A DNA stretch of 64,000 nt from an uncultured Planctomycetota bacterium (GTDB lineage: Bacteria; Planctomycetota; CAZGEP01): the NCBI GenBank assembly GCA_964524955.1, contig CAZGEP010000003.1:15-64014 (forward strand). Direction: 5' to 3'. Both the position numbers and the translations under genes were made by a program. Below the pieces are notes generated by a model. It saw only the letters and a program-made list of their open reading frames with translations, had not been told where the DNA came from and ran no database searches. This document shows, one piece after another, positions 26,678 through 38,400 of the stretch (the first letter of the stretch is position 1; the number at the start of each line of letters is the position of its first letter).

Positions 26678-29600
26678 TTAAAGAAGTCAACATATCATTT
26701 CCGGGAGGCATGGATTCTGATTCCGATGATGCAAATATTGCACGGGGTGATTATCGCATGTTAAAGAATATGAGAAATGGCATTTCTTCTGATGGCAAGG
26801 GTGGTACTATTGAGAATTTTCCGAACGTATCTCAGATTACAATGTCTGCTATATCCGGAGCAACGTTCTTGGGAGCGGCTGAAGATCATGAAAATGATGT
26901 GGTATATCTGTTATATAGTAATAATTATCTTGTTAGCTTAGATAAAGACAGAAGCCTTGTTTATATTTTAAAAGGTGAGTCGGCATTAAATCTCAACGAG
27001 TCATATCCTATTTACAACGCCAGGTATCTCGATGGAAAGGTTTATTTTACAGATAATAATAGCGAGCCAAAGGTAGTTGATATTCAGAGGGCAATTAATT
27101 ATACAGAGAATTTCGAAGGAAGGACATTTAGGGGGCAGTATATTACAACAATGTATTTTATAGGTGATGTAGTTACTTTTGGTAATTATTATTATACCCC
27201 CAAGCAAGATGGATTAATAGGAACATTACCTTATTCGACAGCACATTGGGAACAATTGTCAAAGATTTCCGAAAGCTATGCTCCGGATCTACAGGAACAG
27301 GATTTGTATATCATTACAAAGCCACCAATGAATCCTCCGGAATATTATTTTATTACCGATTCATCATATAGAGGAAATAGAACCAGGAACAAGAATTTTC
27401 AATTTGCATACAGATATGTATATCAGGATTTCCGAAAAAGTGTTTTCAGTCCTGCTTCTCAATTAGTAGTGGAGGGTAATTATGAAAATATTTATGGGAC
27501 ATTTCCAATAGATAGGGGTTATGGAGAAGTTAATAATGCTATAAGAGTTGAGTTTCATACGGGTTCCTTTGAAGTACAGTTTATTGAAATTATTTACAGG
27601 AGTACCGATGATATGTCAACGTGGTATTTATTTAAAACTGTTGAAAAAAGAGATTTTGATGGTCGGGTTTTGTTAGCTGATGATATAGAATGGTTTGAGA
27701 TTTTTCACAATGATACATTAAATATTCCGGTATCAGATACAGAGGTGTATAAGCCCTATCATTATGTACCTGAAAAAGCCGGGTTTTTAGAATTAATCGA
27801 TGATAATCATTTGGTGTTTGCGGATGTAGTTGAAGGCAAGGATCCGGTTACTACAGATGTGTCTTACGAACTTAGTGTTAAAGATGTATCTTCATCATTA
27901 AATAATAAATTTAATCTTATTGCCGGTGTAGTTAAAAGATATACAGCGGAATCAGATGGTACTATAGAAACGGAGGCTCAATGGTATATTAAGCATCCAA
28001 GTTTTCATGTTTTATATCCAGGAGAAGGCAATATAGTTGTTAAACAATATTATGACGGGGGAATCAAAACCGCAACAATAAGCTATAGTGCAGCAGATGC
28101 TTCTATTGCCGATACAGTAAGTAGATTAAGGAATGAGTGTATTGCCCAAGGAATGGATGTAGATACTGCTTTTGAAGTAGCGTGGGATGAAGATCGAGTT
28201 TGTTTTAATACTCAAAGGTCTTATACGAGTGTTGAAGATAAATATTATGATCAAGGTTATAGTGTTATTGCTTATGTATCACCCGTAGTTAATACAGAAA
28301 ATGTAGCGAAAGTCTTAAAACAAGGAGCCATTCATTCATGTGGTCTTGTATATATGGATGATAGTAGAAGAGCTTCTTCGATTGTTGGTCAAGATCAGAT
28401 GAAAGCATATGTTCCTTTTATGACTGAAGACACTGAATATGGATCCTTATTACCAAATCATAGGTTTTCGTTAAAGTTTATTATAAACCACAAGCCTCCT
28501 TCTTGGGCCACGAAATACATGGTCGTGTATCAAGGTTCTAATATATCTACTTTTTGGTGTGCCAGATCAGATGTGTCGATAATTTATGGATCGGGGTTTC
28601 AAGGGTTGAGGATTTTTGAGTGGTATGATAAAATGAAGGAACAATGGGAAGATTTTTCGCAAGAGCCATATGAGTTTCAAGAAGGTGATCGTGCCAGATT
28701 ATTAGGGATCGCTGATTTCTCTGCGGATAATTTTGTTCCAGCTGATGAATTTATTGATGTTCCGGTTTTAGGGTTAAAAAACAGAGAGGTAATGGAGGAT
28801 GGGGAATTGGTAGAGAAAGAACCGTATGTAATGGTGACTTTACCTTCTGGTTATAGTTATAGCGGTGACGAGTCTGTTTGGGAAATATATCGTCCTAAGA
28901 AGACTGATGATATGCTTTTTTATGAGACCGGCCAGGTGTGGGATATATCTGAAACTGGTAATGGATTTGTTCATGAAGGAAATACTGATCAGGTATTAGA
29001 TATTGATGGAAATGTCACCACATCTGCTGTAGTAAATGTTGATTTTGGAGATGCTTACAAATATATGATGCCGTTTTTTGAAACTGCTACTCGGGTACTC
29101 ACGTTTATGGAAAATCCATATTCCGCAATTTTTGGAAGTAAATATAAAATAGAAGACTTGGGTTTTCCGAAGGTTTTTGATGAGTTTTTGAAAAACAAAA
29201 GATTGAATAACCGTTATCGTTATGGAGGATCATTGCAGCTGGGGACGAAAAATAATCAAATAGCTGATTTTGAGTATGGCGATTATGGTGATCTGGAAGG
29301 TAATTACGGGATTATAAATGGTTTGGAGAAAGTTGGGTTTGTGCTTAAATTATTGCAATCTCACAGGGTTTGGAGTATATATATCAAAAGAACATCATCA
29401 TTTAACCCGGATGGATCCGAATCTCTGATATTGACCGATGCTATTTTGGGTACAAAGCGGCCTGATTCTCAAATATGGGGGTTGCAGGATCGTGGTGCTG
29501 TTGCCGTTCATGAGAGGCATATGTATTTCTGGGATAGATCCCGGGGGCTTATTCTTCGTGATAGTGCAAATGGTCTTTTCCCGATATCGGATTATAAGAT

Positions 29601-30279
29601 GATCAATTATTTCAGAGACCTTTCATTTGATGCTGCTGCGGATATGCAATGCAGAATTGGCTTTAATGAGGCATATGATGAGGTGTATTTCTGTTTTTAT
29701 GAAGAAGGAGGATCTGATAATAAGATCGTGGTATTTCTGGAAGATCAGCAGAGGCCCAGGTGGACGCATGAGATAGAAATCGAGTGTAGTGGTATTGCAA
29801 ATATAGGTAATCGGTTATTTACTTTCCTGGGTAATATTATTGACAGTTGGTTTAATGATACCTCTTATTCTGGATTTTTAAGGGCAGAATATCCGGATCC
29901 TGAATTTGAGTTTGTTGTAAATGTTGATCCGGAGAAAGTGAAAAGGTGGAGGGCATTATCATATGATGCCTCTCATAAGTTTTATGCTCCTAATGTTGGA
30001 GATATATCAACGCCGGCCAATGATAATTACGGATCTGGGATGGAGACCAGGTTACTGGAGGCCAGTGTAAAAAGCAAGGAGGGAGTGTACTATGCTTCGA
30101 TAAAAAACGATGCTAATACTCCGGGGGCAGCTGATGTGGCCGAGGCTATCGTTAATGGCAGACCATTAAGGGGAAAGACCATAAAGATTAAATTAACTCT
30201 GGATGCCAGTGATCATAATAATGAGTATATAAATTTTGAAAATGTGAAAATAGTATATTCAGATAGTGAAAAAAGTTAA
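26674..30279 (+). CDS. large virion protein (1201 aa), candidate tail/internal-core component
   Basis: Translationally coupled to the upstream gene and followed by the Gly-rich and giant-protein genes. Confidence 0.45.
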   Translation: MIKEVNISFPGGMDSDSDDANIARGDYRMLKNMRNGISSDGKGGTIENFPNVSQITMSAISGATFLGAAEDHENDVVYLLYSNNYLVSLDKDRSLVYILKGESALNLNESYPIYNARYLDGKVYFTDNNSEPKVVDIQRAINYTENFEGRTFRGQYITTMYFIGDVVTFGNYYYTPKQDGLIGTLPYSTAHWEQLSKISESYAPDLQEQDLYIITKPPMNPPEYYFITDSSYRGNRTRNKNFQFAYRYVYQDFRKSVFSPASQLVVEGNYENIYGTFPIDRGYGEVNNAIRVEFHTGSFEVQFIEIIYRSTDDMSTWYLFKTVEKRDFDGRVLLADDIEWFEIFHNDTLNIPVSDTEVYKPYHYVPEKAGFLELIDDNHLVFADVVEGKDPVTTDVSYELSVKDVSSSLNNKFNLIAGVVKRYTAESDGTIETEAQWYIKHPSFHVLYPGEGNIVVKQYYDGGIKTATISYSAADASIADTVSRLRNECIAQGMDVDTAFEVAWDEDRVCFNTQRSYTSVEDKYYDQGYSVIAYVSPVVNTENVAKVLKQGAIHSCGLVYMDDSRRASSIVGQDQMKAYVPFMTEDTEYGSLLPNHRFSLKFIINHKPPSWATKYMVVYQGSNISTFWCARSDVSIIYGSGFQGLRIFEWYDKMKEQWEDFSQEPYEFQEGDRARLLGIADFSADNFVPADEFIDVPVLGLKNREVMEDGELVEKEPYVMVTLPSGYSYSGDESVWEIYRPKKTDDMLFYETGQVWDISETGNGFVHEGNTDQVLDIDGNVTTSAVVNVDFGDAYKYMMPFFETATRVLTFMENPYSAIFGSKYKIEDLGFPKVFDEFLKNKRLNNRYRYGGSLQLGTKNNQIADFEYGDYGDLEGNYGIINGLEKVGFVLKLLQSHRVWSIYIKRTSSFNPDGSESLILTDAILGTKRPDSQIWGLQDRGAVAVHERHMYFWDRSRGLILRDSANGLFPISDYKMINYFRDLSFDAAADMQCRIGFNEAYDEVYFCFYEEGGSDNKIVVFLEDQQRPRWTHEIEIECSGIANIGNRLFTFLGNIIDSWFNDTSYSGFLRAEYPDPEFEFVVNVDPEKVKRWRALSYDASHKFYAPNVGDISTPANDNYGSGMETRLLEASVKSKEGVYYASIKNDANTPGAADVAEAIVNGRPLRGKTIKIKLTLDASDHNNEYINFENVKIVYSDSEKS

Positions 30280-30291
30280 AAAGGAGAAATT

Positions 30292-30930
30292 ATGAGTGTT
30301 ATAGGTACAGCAGCGTTGGTATCATCTATCCCTTCCATATTAAAGGCGGGTACTGGTATCTGGCAAATGATAAAAGGGGGAGGGGCAATTAATAATCGCC
30401 CTGAAATGCCCGTTCCTGATTCTGTTAATCAGATGATATCTCTACTTACCCGAAACGCAAATCAATCGAGGATGCCCGGGCAGGATGTCATTGAGGGAAA
30501 TATTCGTGGATCTACCGCTACCGGCATTGAAGGAATGCAGGATGCATCAGCTGGAGGTGAGGGGCTGGGTGCTATTGCCCAGATGATCGCCAGCCAGCAG
30601 GATCAATTTTCTAACCTGGGGGCACAGGGGGCACAGATGAAAAGACAGGCTGAAAACACATTGGCGAGTGGTTTGGGGCAGAAAGGTCAGTATGAACAGG
30701 CTGCCTGGGAGTGGAATGAGAAAGGCAAGTATGATGAGGCCATGGCTCTGTTTGGCTCCGGGATGCAAAATGTAATGGGAGGTGTCAGTGAAGGTGCAAA
30801 AACGGGAACCCTTGGAGTGTTAGCTGGGAATAAAGATGTTCAGAATGCTGTAGGTGGTATGGATTCTGAACAGTTTGGATCTTTACTTAAAGCATTAGGA
30901 CCATTATTGGGTGCGGGATCTTCTAAATAA
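30292..30930 (+). CDS. Gly/Ala/Gln-rich small virion protein (212 aa)
   Basis: Low-complexity composition (GAQGAQ..., LGAGSSK) typical of internal/ejection or tip proteins. Confidence 0.4.
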   Translation: MSVIGTAALVSSIPSILKAGTGIWQMIKGGGAINNRPEMPVPDSVNQMISLLTRNANQSRMPGQDVIEGNIRGSTATGIEGMQDASAGGEGLGAIAQMIASQQDQFSNLGAQGAQMKRQAENTLASGLGQKGQYEQAAWEWNEKGKYDEAMALFGSGMQNVMGGVSEGAKTGTLGVLAGNKDVQNAVGGMDSEQFGSLLKALGPLLGAGSSK

Positions 30931-30935
30931 TAGTT

Positions 30936-32495
30936 ATGGCGAATTTAATTGGATATGGTGCAGCACAAATTTTTCCGGAACAAGATACCGGGACTGCTAT
31001 TCGTGAATACATGAAGGCCAAAGCTGCTGGAAAAGCCAAAAGGAGAGAAGAACAGGGCAGTTATGGTGATGAACCTTTTGAGGTTCCAGATATAAAACGA
31101 TGGGAAGATGAGAAAAATTTTAATGAGATTACGCAAATGGAGGGAACCCTTCGTGATGTCTGGAACAAGTCATATCAATCGGGATATAATATAAGAAACC
31201 CACAAACGCCACAGGATGCTGTTTTATCAAAAAGATATTATGATTCATGGAAAAAGTATGAGGAGGCTGTTGATCTATATACGACTCAAGGAGAAAGGGT
31301 AAATGATGTTATTGGGCAAATAGATAAGATGGACCCGGAGGAGTATGATGTAGAGGCAACACGGGAAAATTTAGAAAGGTATATTGACGCACCTTCTGTT
31401 TTTGATCGGGCAGGAATGGTGGACAGCATTATAGTTCGTAAAGAAGAGGAGTTTGATGGATTGGAATATATAACTGAGATGTTTCCAAAGTTGACCTCAA
31501 CAAGTAAATATATCACATCGGAAGATATCGATCCGGAGACGGGGAAAATACGAAAAGAAACCTGGGAGGGAATTCCGGAGACTGTCAGAAAAGATGCTAT
31601 TAGAACAATGTATAACGCCGGTGATGCTCGATTCAAAACTTATGTTGATGATTTGAGGGAATCCAATAAAGATGCAACATTAGATAACCCCAATTGGGAT
31701 AATGCTGAATTTGCAGCGAATTATTTCTCTGATATTAAGAAGGGTGGAAAAGAAAATTTAGTGTTTTATTCAACCGGTGGTGGAGACTTTAACCTGGGCA
31801 TAGGATATGGTAATGGCAAGCCCCAAAAACTGGAAGATGGACAGTATGTTAGCAATGAAGAATCGGTATGGTTGTATAATAAAAATAGTGCCGGAAAGAC
31901 TGAACATACATCTCCATTCCAGGTGAATTTGAATAATGATGAGTTGTTTGGAAAGTCAACTTCGCATGTGCAGATGCCAATAACAGATGAGGTTATTAAT
32001 GCCGAAACCGGAAAAAGGGAGGCCGTAAGTTCGCAGTCTTTATTTCGACCTAATAAAATTGTATGGCTTCCGGTTGTGTCTGGAGAACAGAAAAAAGGTG
32101 GTGCTGGATTATGGGATAATGTTACTACCATGTTAAACCCAAACAAATATACCAGGGGAGCTATATTAGGCGATGAGGATTTGCAAAAACTTCAAAATGC
32201 AATGCAGGAAAATCCAGGGACTGCATCAGGCTATGTTTGGCGTCCATATGTTATAGGAACGATGGGATATAAAAGAAAAGAAGGAGAAGTTGGTGGTAAA
32301 GAGCGAATTCTTAATTTGAATCGAAGTGTATATGTTCCATATGAAGATATGTCTGATGAGTTAATAGGCAAGTTTGGGCCGAAATGGGACAAAGCCATTG
32401 GAGATGATGTTACAGAGATCACAAAACAGGCTAATTTTGGTTTAACATCAACACAGGAAAATCAAGAAATAGATTTTAATTCATTAGGATTATAA
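30936..32495 (+). CDS. hypothetical virion protein (519 aa)
   Basis: Its stop overlaps the giant gene start by 1 nt (TAATG). Confidence 0.45.
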   Translation: MANLIGYGAAQIFPEQDTGTAIREYMKAKAAGKAKRREEQGSYGDEPFEVPDIKRWEDEKNFNEITQMEGTLRDVWNKSYQSGYNIRNPQTPQDAVLSKRYYDSWKKYEEAVDLYTTQGERVNDVIGQIDKMDPEEYDVEATRENLERYIDAPSVFDRAGMVDSIIVRKEEEFDGLEYITEMFPKLTSTSKYITSEDIDPETGKIRKETWEGIPETVRKDAIRTMYNAGDARFKTYVDDLRESNKDATLDNPNWDNAEFAANYFSDIKKGGKENLVFYSTGGGDFNLGIGYGNGKPQKLEDGQYVSNEESVWLYNKNSAGKTEHTSPFQVNLNNDELFGKSTSHVQMPITDEVINAETGKREAVSSQSLFRPNKIVWLPVVSGEQKKGGAGLWDNVTTMLNPNKYTRGAILGDEDLQKLQNAMQENPGTASGYVWRPYVIGTMGYKRKEGEVGGKERILNLNRSVYVPYEDMSDELIGKFGPKWDKAIGDDVTEITKQANFGLTSTQENQEIDFNSLGL

Positions 32496-35400
32496 TGAAA
32501 GAAGAAGAAAAAATTAATACGGATCCTCAAAGTCAAATAGAGGGAGAAGAGAAAGAGAAGACTCAATCGAAACCTAAAGATAATGGCGTTGATACTGGTG
32601 TCCAGCCTAAAGTCAATATGGCCAGGGACAGATATCTGAGGGCGAAAAATGCATTGTACTCTAATAAGGAGTTCAAACGCATGGATGATGAGGGTAAACT
32701 TGAACGCCTGGGTAAATTCTATGATGTTCATGGTGTTCCGTATGTAAAGAGTGCAGGGGTAAGTGATCCGGAGAAGATCAATGAATTCAAAGATAAGTTT
32801 CTCGAAAAAGAGTCAGCTGGATTTAAATCAAAAAAAAAAGAGGGTTTCGACTTATCGGAAGAAGACGTGGAGGAAGAAAAATGGCACAGGCCGGATTATC
32901 TGGAAGCGGATCTTGATGCCGTTCCTTCTAATTACAATCCTATTGATGTTATAAAGCCGGTAATTGATGATTTTGAAGTAGAGAATGATGAACTCTACAG
33001 AGAAACTATGGCCGAGAAGAAGGCCGAAGAACAAGCAGAAGCCGAACAGAAAGAGGAAAACGTTCATCAGGCGGTCACTGATATTACCCAGAGCGATCAG
33101 TTTAAGTATGTAAATGATAATCCGGAGGGGTTTTTGTTTAACCTCAATCTGGGAGAGGGCAAAAATATCATTAAGCATTTACGTAAAGAGGGGTATGAGA
33201 AAGATGTTGCCCGGGCAGCCCTGAATCAACTTCGTAATGCATCCAGTAATAAGTTAGTATCAAACAATCTACGCAACTTATCTGCGGAGTTCGGTACCTA
33301 TCAGAATCTATTAGACCATGCGGAAGAGCAGGGTATGCCATTCACAGAAGGGTATCAGCCTGGGACGTTCCTGGATCCGGAGACAGGTGAGAGGCGTGAA
33401 CCGCAAACTGATGAGGAGGCTGATTACGTGGGTAGGATGGAAGGTTTTATGAACAATGTTTCTGATGAGCAAAAGGTGGAAGATTTGTTCATGGATGCCT
33501 ATGCTAAGTATGACTATTGGGATAAGAGGGTTTCAAGTATGGAGGCAAGGAAAGATGATCCATCCATAGGAACTGACTATTCACAGAAAGCCTATTTTGA
33601 AGCATATCGCCAAAGAAAAGATGCAGAGGCAGAGTTTCAGGCCGCCAGTTTGATGCATCTGAAAAATGTCGGACCGGCCAATATAGAAAAAGATAAAGAT
33701 TTTAAACTGGGGGTATTTGCATCCAGTTTTACCGAATCCATGTTAGGGGAGAATCTGGCTGCTATGGATGATAATTCTCAAAGGGAGATGCTCAACAAGA
33801 TGGTTGAGATCGGCCAGAAAGAGTTTAAGCTGACAGAGGAGGAGATGGATGCCCTGAGTGTTGATTTTTATGAGGGGGCAGCCAGTTTGGGAGGGATGCT
33901 TATGCCCGAGGTTCCATCGTTATTGTTAATGGGAGGTACTGCTAATATACTAAAATCTTTAGCCTATACTAAGCGGATGCAGCAGGGGTATAAGATTATA
34001 AGAAATACCGTTCGAACTGATAAAGTTAAAAATGTTGGTAAAAAAGTTAAAGCAGCAAAGCAGGTTATTTCATATAATGATCCTATTCCTACCGGATGGG
34101 AGGTTATAAAAAAAGTACCATCTACGGGTGGTATGAAGTTATTGGGATATGGGTCTGATATTCTCATTAATGAAGCGGTTTTTACTGGTGTTGGAGGATT
34201 TGCTCCAGGTACCATTTCCGGTATGCATGCAGCACACTGGGTTCTTCCGAATTTAAGAATTGGAGGTAAGTATGGTGCTATTCTGCAGCCATATATGGAT
34301 ATGGTTTATAAGAGTGGTTTCGGTGCTACAGTTGGTATGGAGGCTGGAGGGATGTCTGCATCTGCTGTTGATGATCTGATGGGGAACTCTGAATTTAAAG
34401 AGTATTGGCAGCAACAGTACGGTGATTTTTCTGAGGCAGGACAAAGGGTGTTAGCAGAGGTAGCGGTGAACTCCCTGGTGTTTGGTGGCATGCATTTATA
34501 TACTACCAATTCCCGTAAAGTTTTAAACAATCCTATTGGTAATGGTAATAGCGTGGCATATCTGTCTCCTAAGTATCGTAAACGGGTATATGAGACTGCC
34601 CGGGAGGCTGATCGCCTGGGATATACTGATCTTGCCAAAGATTTGGATAACTGGCTTGATATAGCAAAGCAGCCGGTAACAGGTGAGGAAGTACGTAATC
34701 AGAAAATTACTGAGTTGACTAATTTGTCTAAGATCATGCCTGATCAGACGCTAAAGGGAACGTTACGAAATATTGATGTATCTCTACAGGCTCTGGATGC
34801 TCTTCGTAATCATCCAATGTATGAGAAGGGCAATATCTTTAAAAAGCAGGAGTTGTGGCCCATAACAATTCGATATCGCAATAATGAGGTTGTATCTATC
34901 AAAACAGCTAAAGAGGAGGCTCCACCGGTCAAAGGAGAGGGGTTTATTATTATTGATGCCAAGAAAGATATGCCGGGAGGCGTTATTGTTCGGGATCCTT
35001 TTCAGGCTAATTTAATGATGGAGGAATTGCTTCTGCAACGGAAGGTGTTTGAACATGAGGTAGGAGTAAGAAAGGCATCCGGTAAGTTTGGCCAGGAAAA
35101 AGTATCCACAACCAGTAAAGAGCCAACCTTATCAGAATTGCCGGAAGGATCTAATCTTCCCGTATATCCCGATCAGACAATTGCCGTGAAGGGGGATCCT
35201 AAAGGAGGAGAAAAGGTTGCCTTTAAAGATAATCGTTTTGGCATACCATCAGAGGTGTCGAAAAGAACTCCTAAGCAGCTTGCCGATGAGTATCAACGCC
35301 AGCGATCCAAGGTTGAGGAACAGACCAAGGGGATGGAAGATGAGATCACTGAGATGGAGGAGACCCGGAAGGAACAGTTTAAAGGCCGTATAGTAGACAT

Positions 35401-38400
35401 TCAGCAGAGAAAAGAGAGAGATGAGGCTGATGAGGCTATCTCCATGAAACGTCAGGAGGTTGACAAGTTAAAAGGGAGCCTGAATAAAGAGTGGCAGGAT
35501 GTGATTTCCGCAGTTCAGGGAGGAGTAAAGGATCGTTTGAAAAATGTCGTTCCGGAGGAGGATCTGGAAGAATCTTCGGCAGCTGTGTATGATGAGGTGT
35601 TTGCTGAGAGAAATGCTGATAGGTTTGGAGATATGCCTTATGAGGAGGCTGTTGAGGAAATTATTGGGGAGGTTGAGGAGACATATAACCGCCCGGTAGT
35701 AAAAGAGCCAACTGATAAGCTGGTGGACAGTTATATCGCTTATGAGATATCACAGCTGGAAAAACAAGCAGAGGAATATCCCGACCAGGCAGAAGGATTT
35801 CTGCAGGATATAAAAGATCTGAAAAATGATCCGGTAGAATATTTCAGGGATGTGTCTGAACTATACAAGGACGAACCGCTTAATCCTTATAAGATTGAGG
35901 TTGACGCCGTGCTGGGGCACCTGGAAAGTAAGCCTAAGCATGAAGGGAAACCCATTGAGAGTAAACCTAAAGAGAAGAAAGTGCCACCGCCAGAACACAC
36001 GGAGGATGTTCGGTGGACCCTGGAGAATGAAACTGATCCTAAGAAGGTAAAGGTTCTTCATGATGAGTTGATTAGTCGAAATGAGGAGAGATTAGAACCA
36101 TGGCAATGGGATCTGTTATCATATAAGATTGATCCGAATTCATTTAATAGATTTGCTGATCGCAATGAGGTAGGAATGAATCTTGCCAGAAATTGGTTTG
36201 CCAAGAAAGGAGAAACCGGGTATGCCACACATGAGAAACTTGATGTTATTGCACAGGAGATTGGTATTGAGGTACAGGATGCTGTTGATTTTATTATCGC
36301 CAATCCTGTCAAAAGAAAAGCAGCAGAGAATCCGGATATAGCAGATCTTGCCCGTAAATATAGGGAAATGACTGGCCAGCCTATTAGTAAGGCAGAAGTT
36401 GAGGAGAAAGGAGATACAACCCCAATTTCAAGCACAGTTGAGAATATCATGGAATTGGAAAATATTTCTTCATTGGCAGACCTGGAGGCCAAGAAAGGAA
36501 TGTTTGAGGGATTTCCATTTGTTAAAGAGGAGTATGATGCTGTCAAGAAACATCTTGAAAGTCAGGAGGAGAAGCCCAAAGATGAACCATCAAAGCCAGG
36601 GGTTAGTAAATTTGATATGTTGCAAAGCATTACTCCAAAGCAAATGGAGGCTCCGGAGGGAGAGTTTCCATTTAATCATCCTGCTCGTTCTATTTTGGTT
36701 GGTGAGACAATGGATCATTTTAATATGGATCCTGACATACCATTGGGTGAGAACATGGTTGAAAATGAAAATGATCTTGCTCAACTAAGAACATTGGCTG
36801 ATCGGATGGAGGAATTCGCGGTTTTGAATATGGAAGAGGCATCCGAAGGGACAGGCGAATACAAGGGTATAAATCCAGTGGAACGTAAGGATTACGCAGA
36901 TAAGTGGGCCAGGATCGCTGAATGGACAAAGAGGTATCAACTGGAACTGGATGATTGGTTTGATGAAAAGTTTGATGAGAAAAAGAAACCGGAAGTTGAA
37001 AAGTCTACAATTAAGAAACCCGAATCCTCAGAGACCAGGGAGAGGGATGATCTGGATGATGATTTGGACGCCTTATCAAGTTTGATCGATGGTATTGATA
37101 AGCCATTCGGTGCCCCAGGTGCGTCCGCTACGGATCCGGCCCAGGAGATCGAGATCAACAAGGCAGCCAACAGAGTTATAGCCAAGCTGATAGAGAAGGG
37201 AGATTACCGGCTCCCATCTATCATGTCAAAATTAGCTGATCGCCTTGAACAGGTACGCCTGGAGGCGATGTTCCCATATATAAAAGGACAGTATGGTTCG
37301 TACTTTACAGAGAGGGCTACGGCTAAAGAGGCTGAACAGATGGATATCATGGAGGCCCGTAACTTTCAGAAAAGTGATATTGAAAAGCTATATCAGGAAA
37401 AGCATAAGCCCGAGAAGGTCGAATCGGGGGTAGATCCTCAGACATACGTGGGTAAGAGATATCATATTCCGAACGCCAAAGAAAAAAATCTGCAGCATAT
37501 TGAGATTTTAAGAGTTGAGGAGTGGGATGATGTTGATCAGGCAGAGTTAAAGTATGGCGGTCCGCTATTCAGAGAAAAGCCTGAAGGACAAAAGATTCTT
37601 GTTGCTGTATATAATGACTTATCACGTCTGGGATATGGTAAAGAGGGAGTACCTGTTGATCAACTTGAAAAATTGATTAAGGCTGGCGAGGCAACAGAAC
37701 TACCTCCATTTGAGAATTTGGATGATTGGAAACATGAGATGGGGGTTTTAGCTGATCTGGAACTTAGGATTGGTAATGTTGAGAGGGCGAAAAAAATACA
37801 AGATAAGATAGAGAAGGGGCCAACAATTCAGGATCAGGTTAATATTATTGATGGGCAGCCCGAGTGGAAAAGAACTGTGGAAAACGCCCAGGCATCGGCC
37901 AGAAATAGGTTAAAGGCTGCCAAGATACATTCAGGTGAGGTAATATTAAAACCTAACGACAGGCCATTAAAGGACGTATCTGAGGAGGGTATTGTCATGG
38001 CGTTGGATGAAGGGAGGAAACAGCCCATTGGTGCATTCTTAAAAAATGCCGATCCGGAACTATTCGATAAGTTTGTTGAATTGCAGAAAGAGTCTGCATG
38101 GGTACAACAGCAATCAGGAACAAATCCACAGATGGCAGAGGAAAACTATGCCCTGGCTGATTATGTATCTTATTTTAATATGCTTAATGCTCCTGGCAAT
38201 GGAGATATTATGGCATACCAGCAGAAGGCCAAGGATCTTAACTATAAAGATTTTGATCAGAAAAGGTATGATTATGTTAAGAAGATTTATAAAGAGGGTA
38301 TTCAGGCGTATGAACAACATATAAATCGCAAGAAAAACTTTCTTACCCGGCAGAAGATCAAAAATATGATGATTAATGGGGAGAGGGTTGATTTCAAAAC

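Noticed and set aside
36058-36546. 162-aa minus-strand ORF inside the giant gene, and 39280..39756 (-)
   Set aside because: Antisense to a continuous 14-kb coding frame; 39280..39756 is the Pro/Gly/Thr-rich linker read in reverse.
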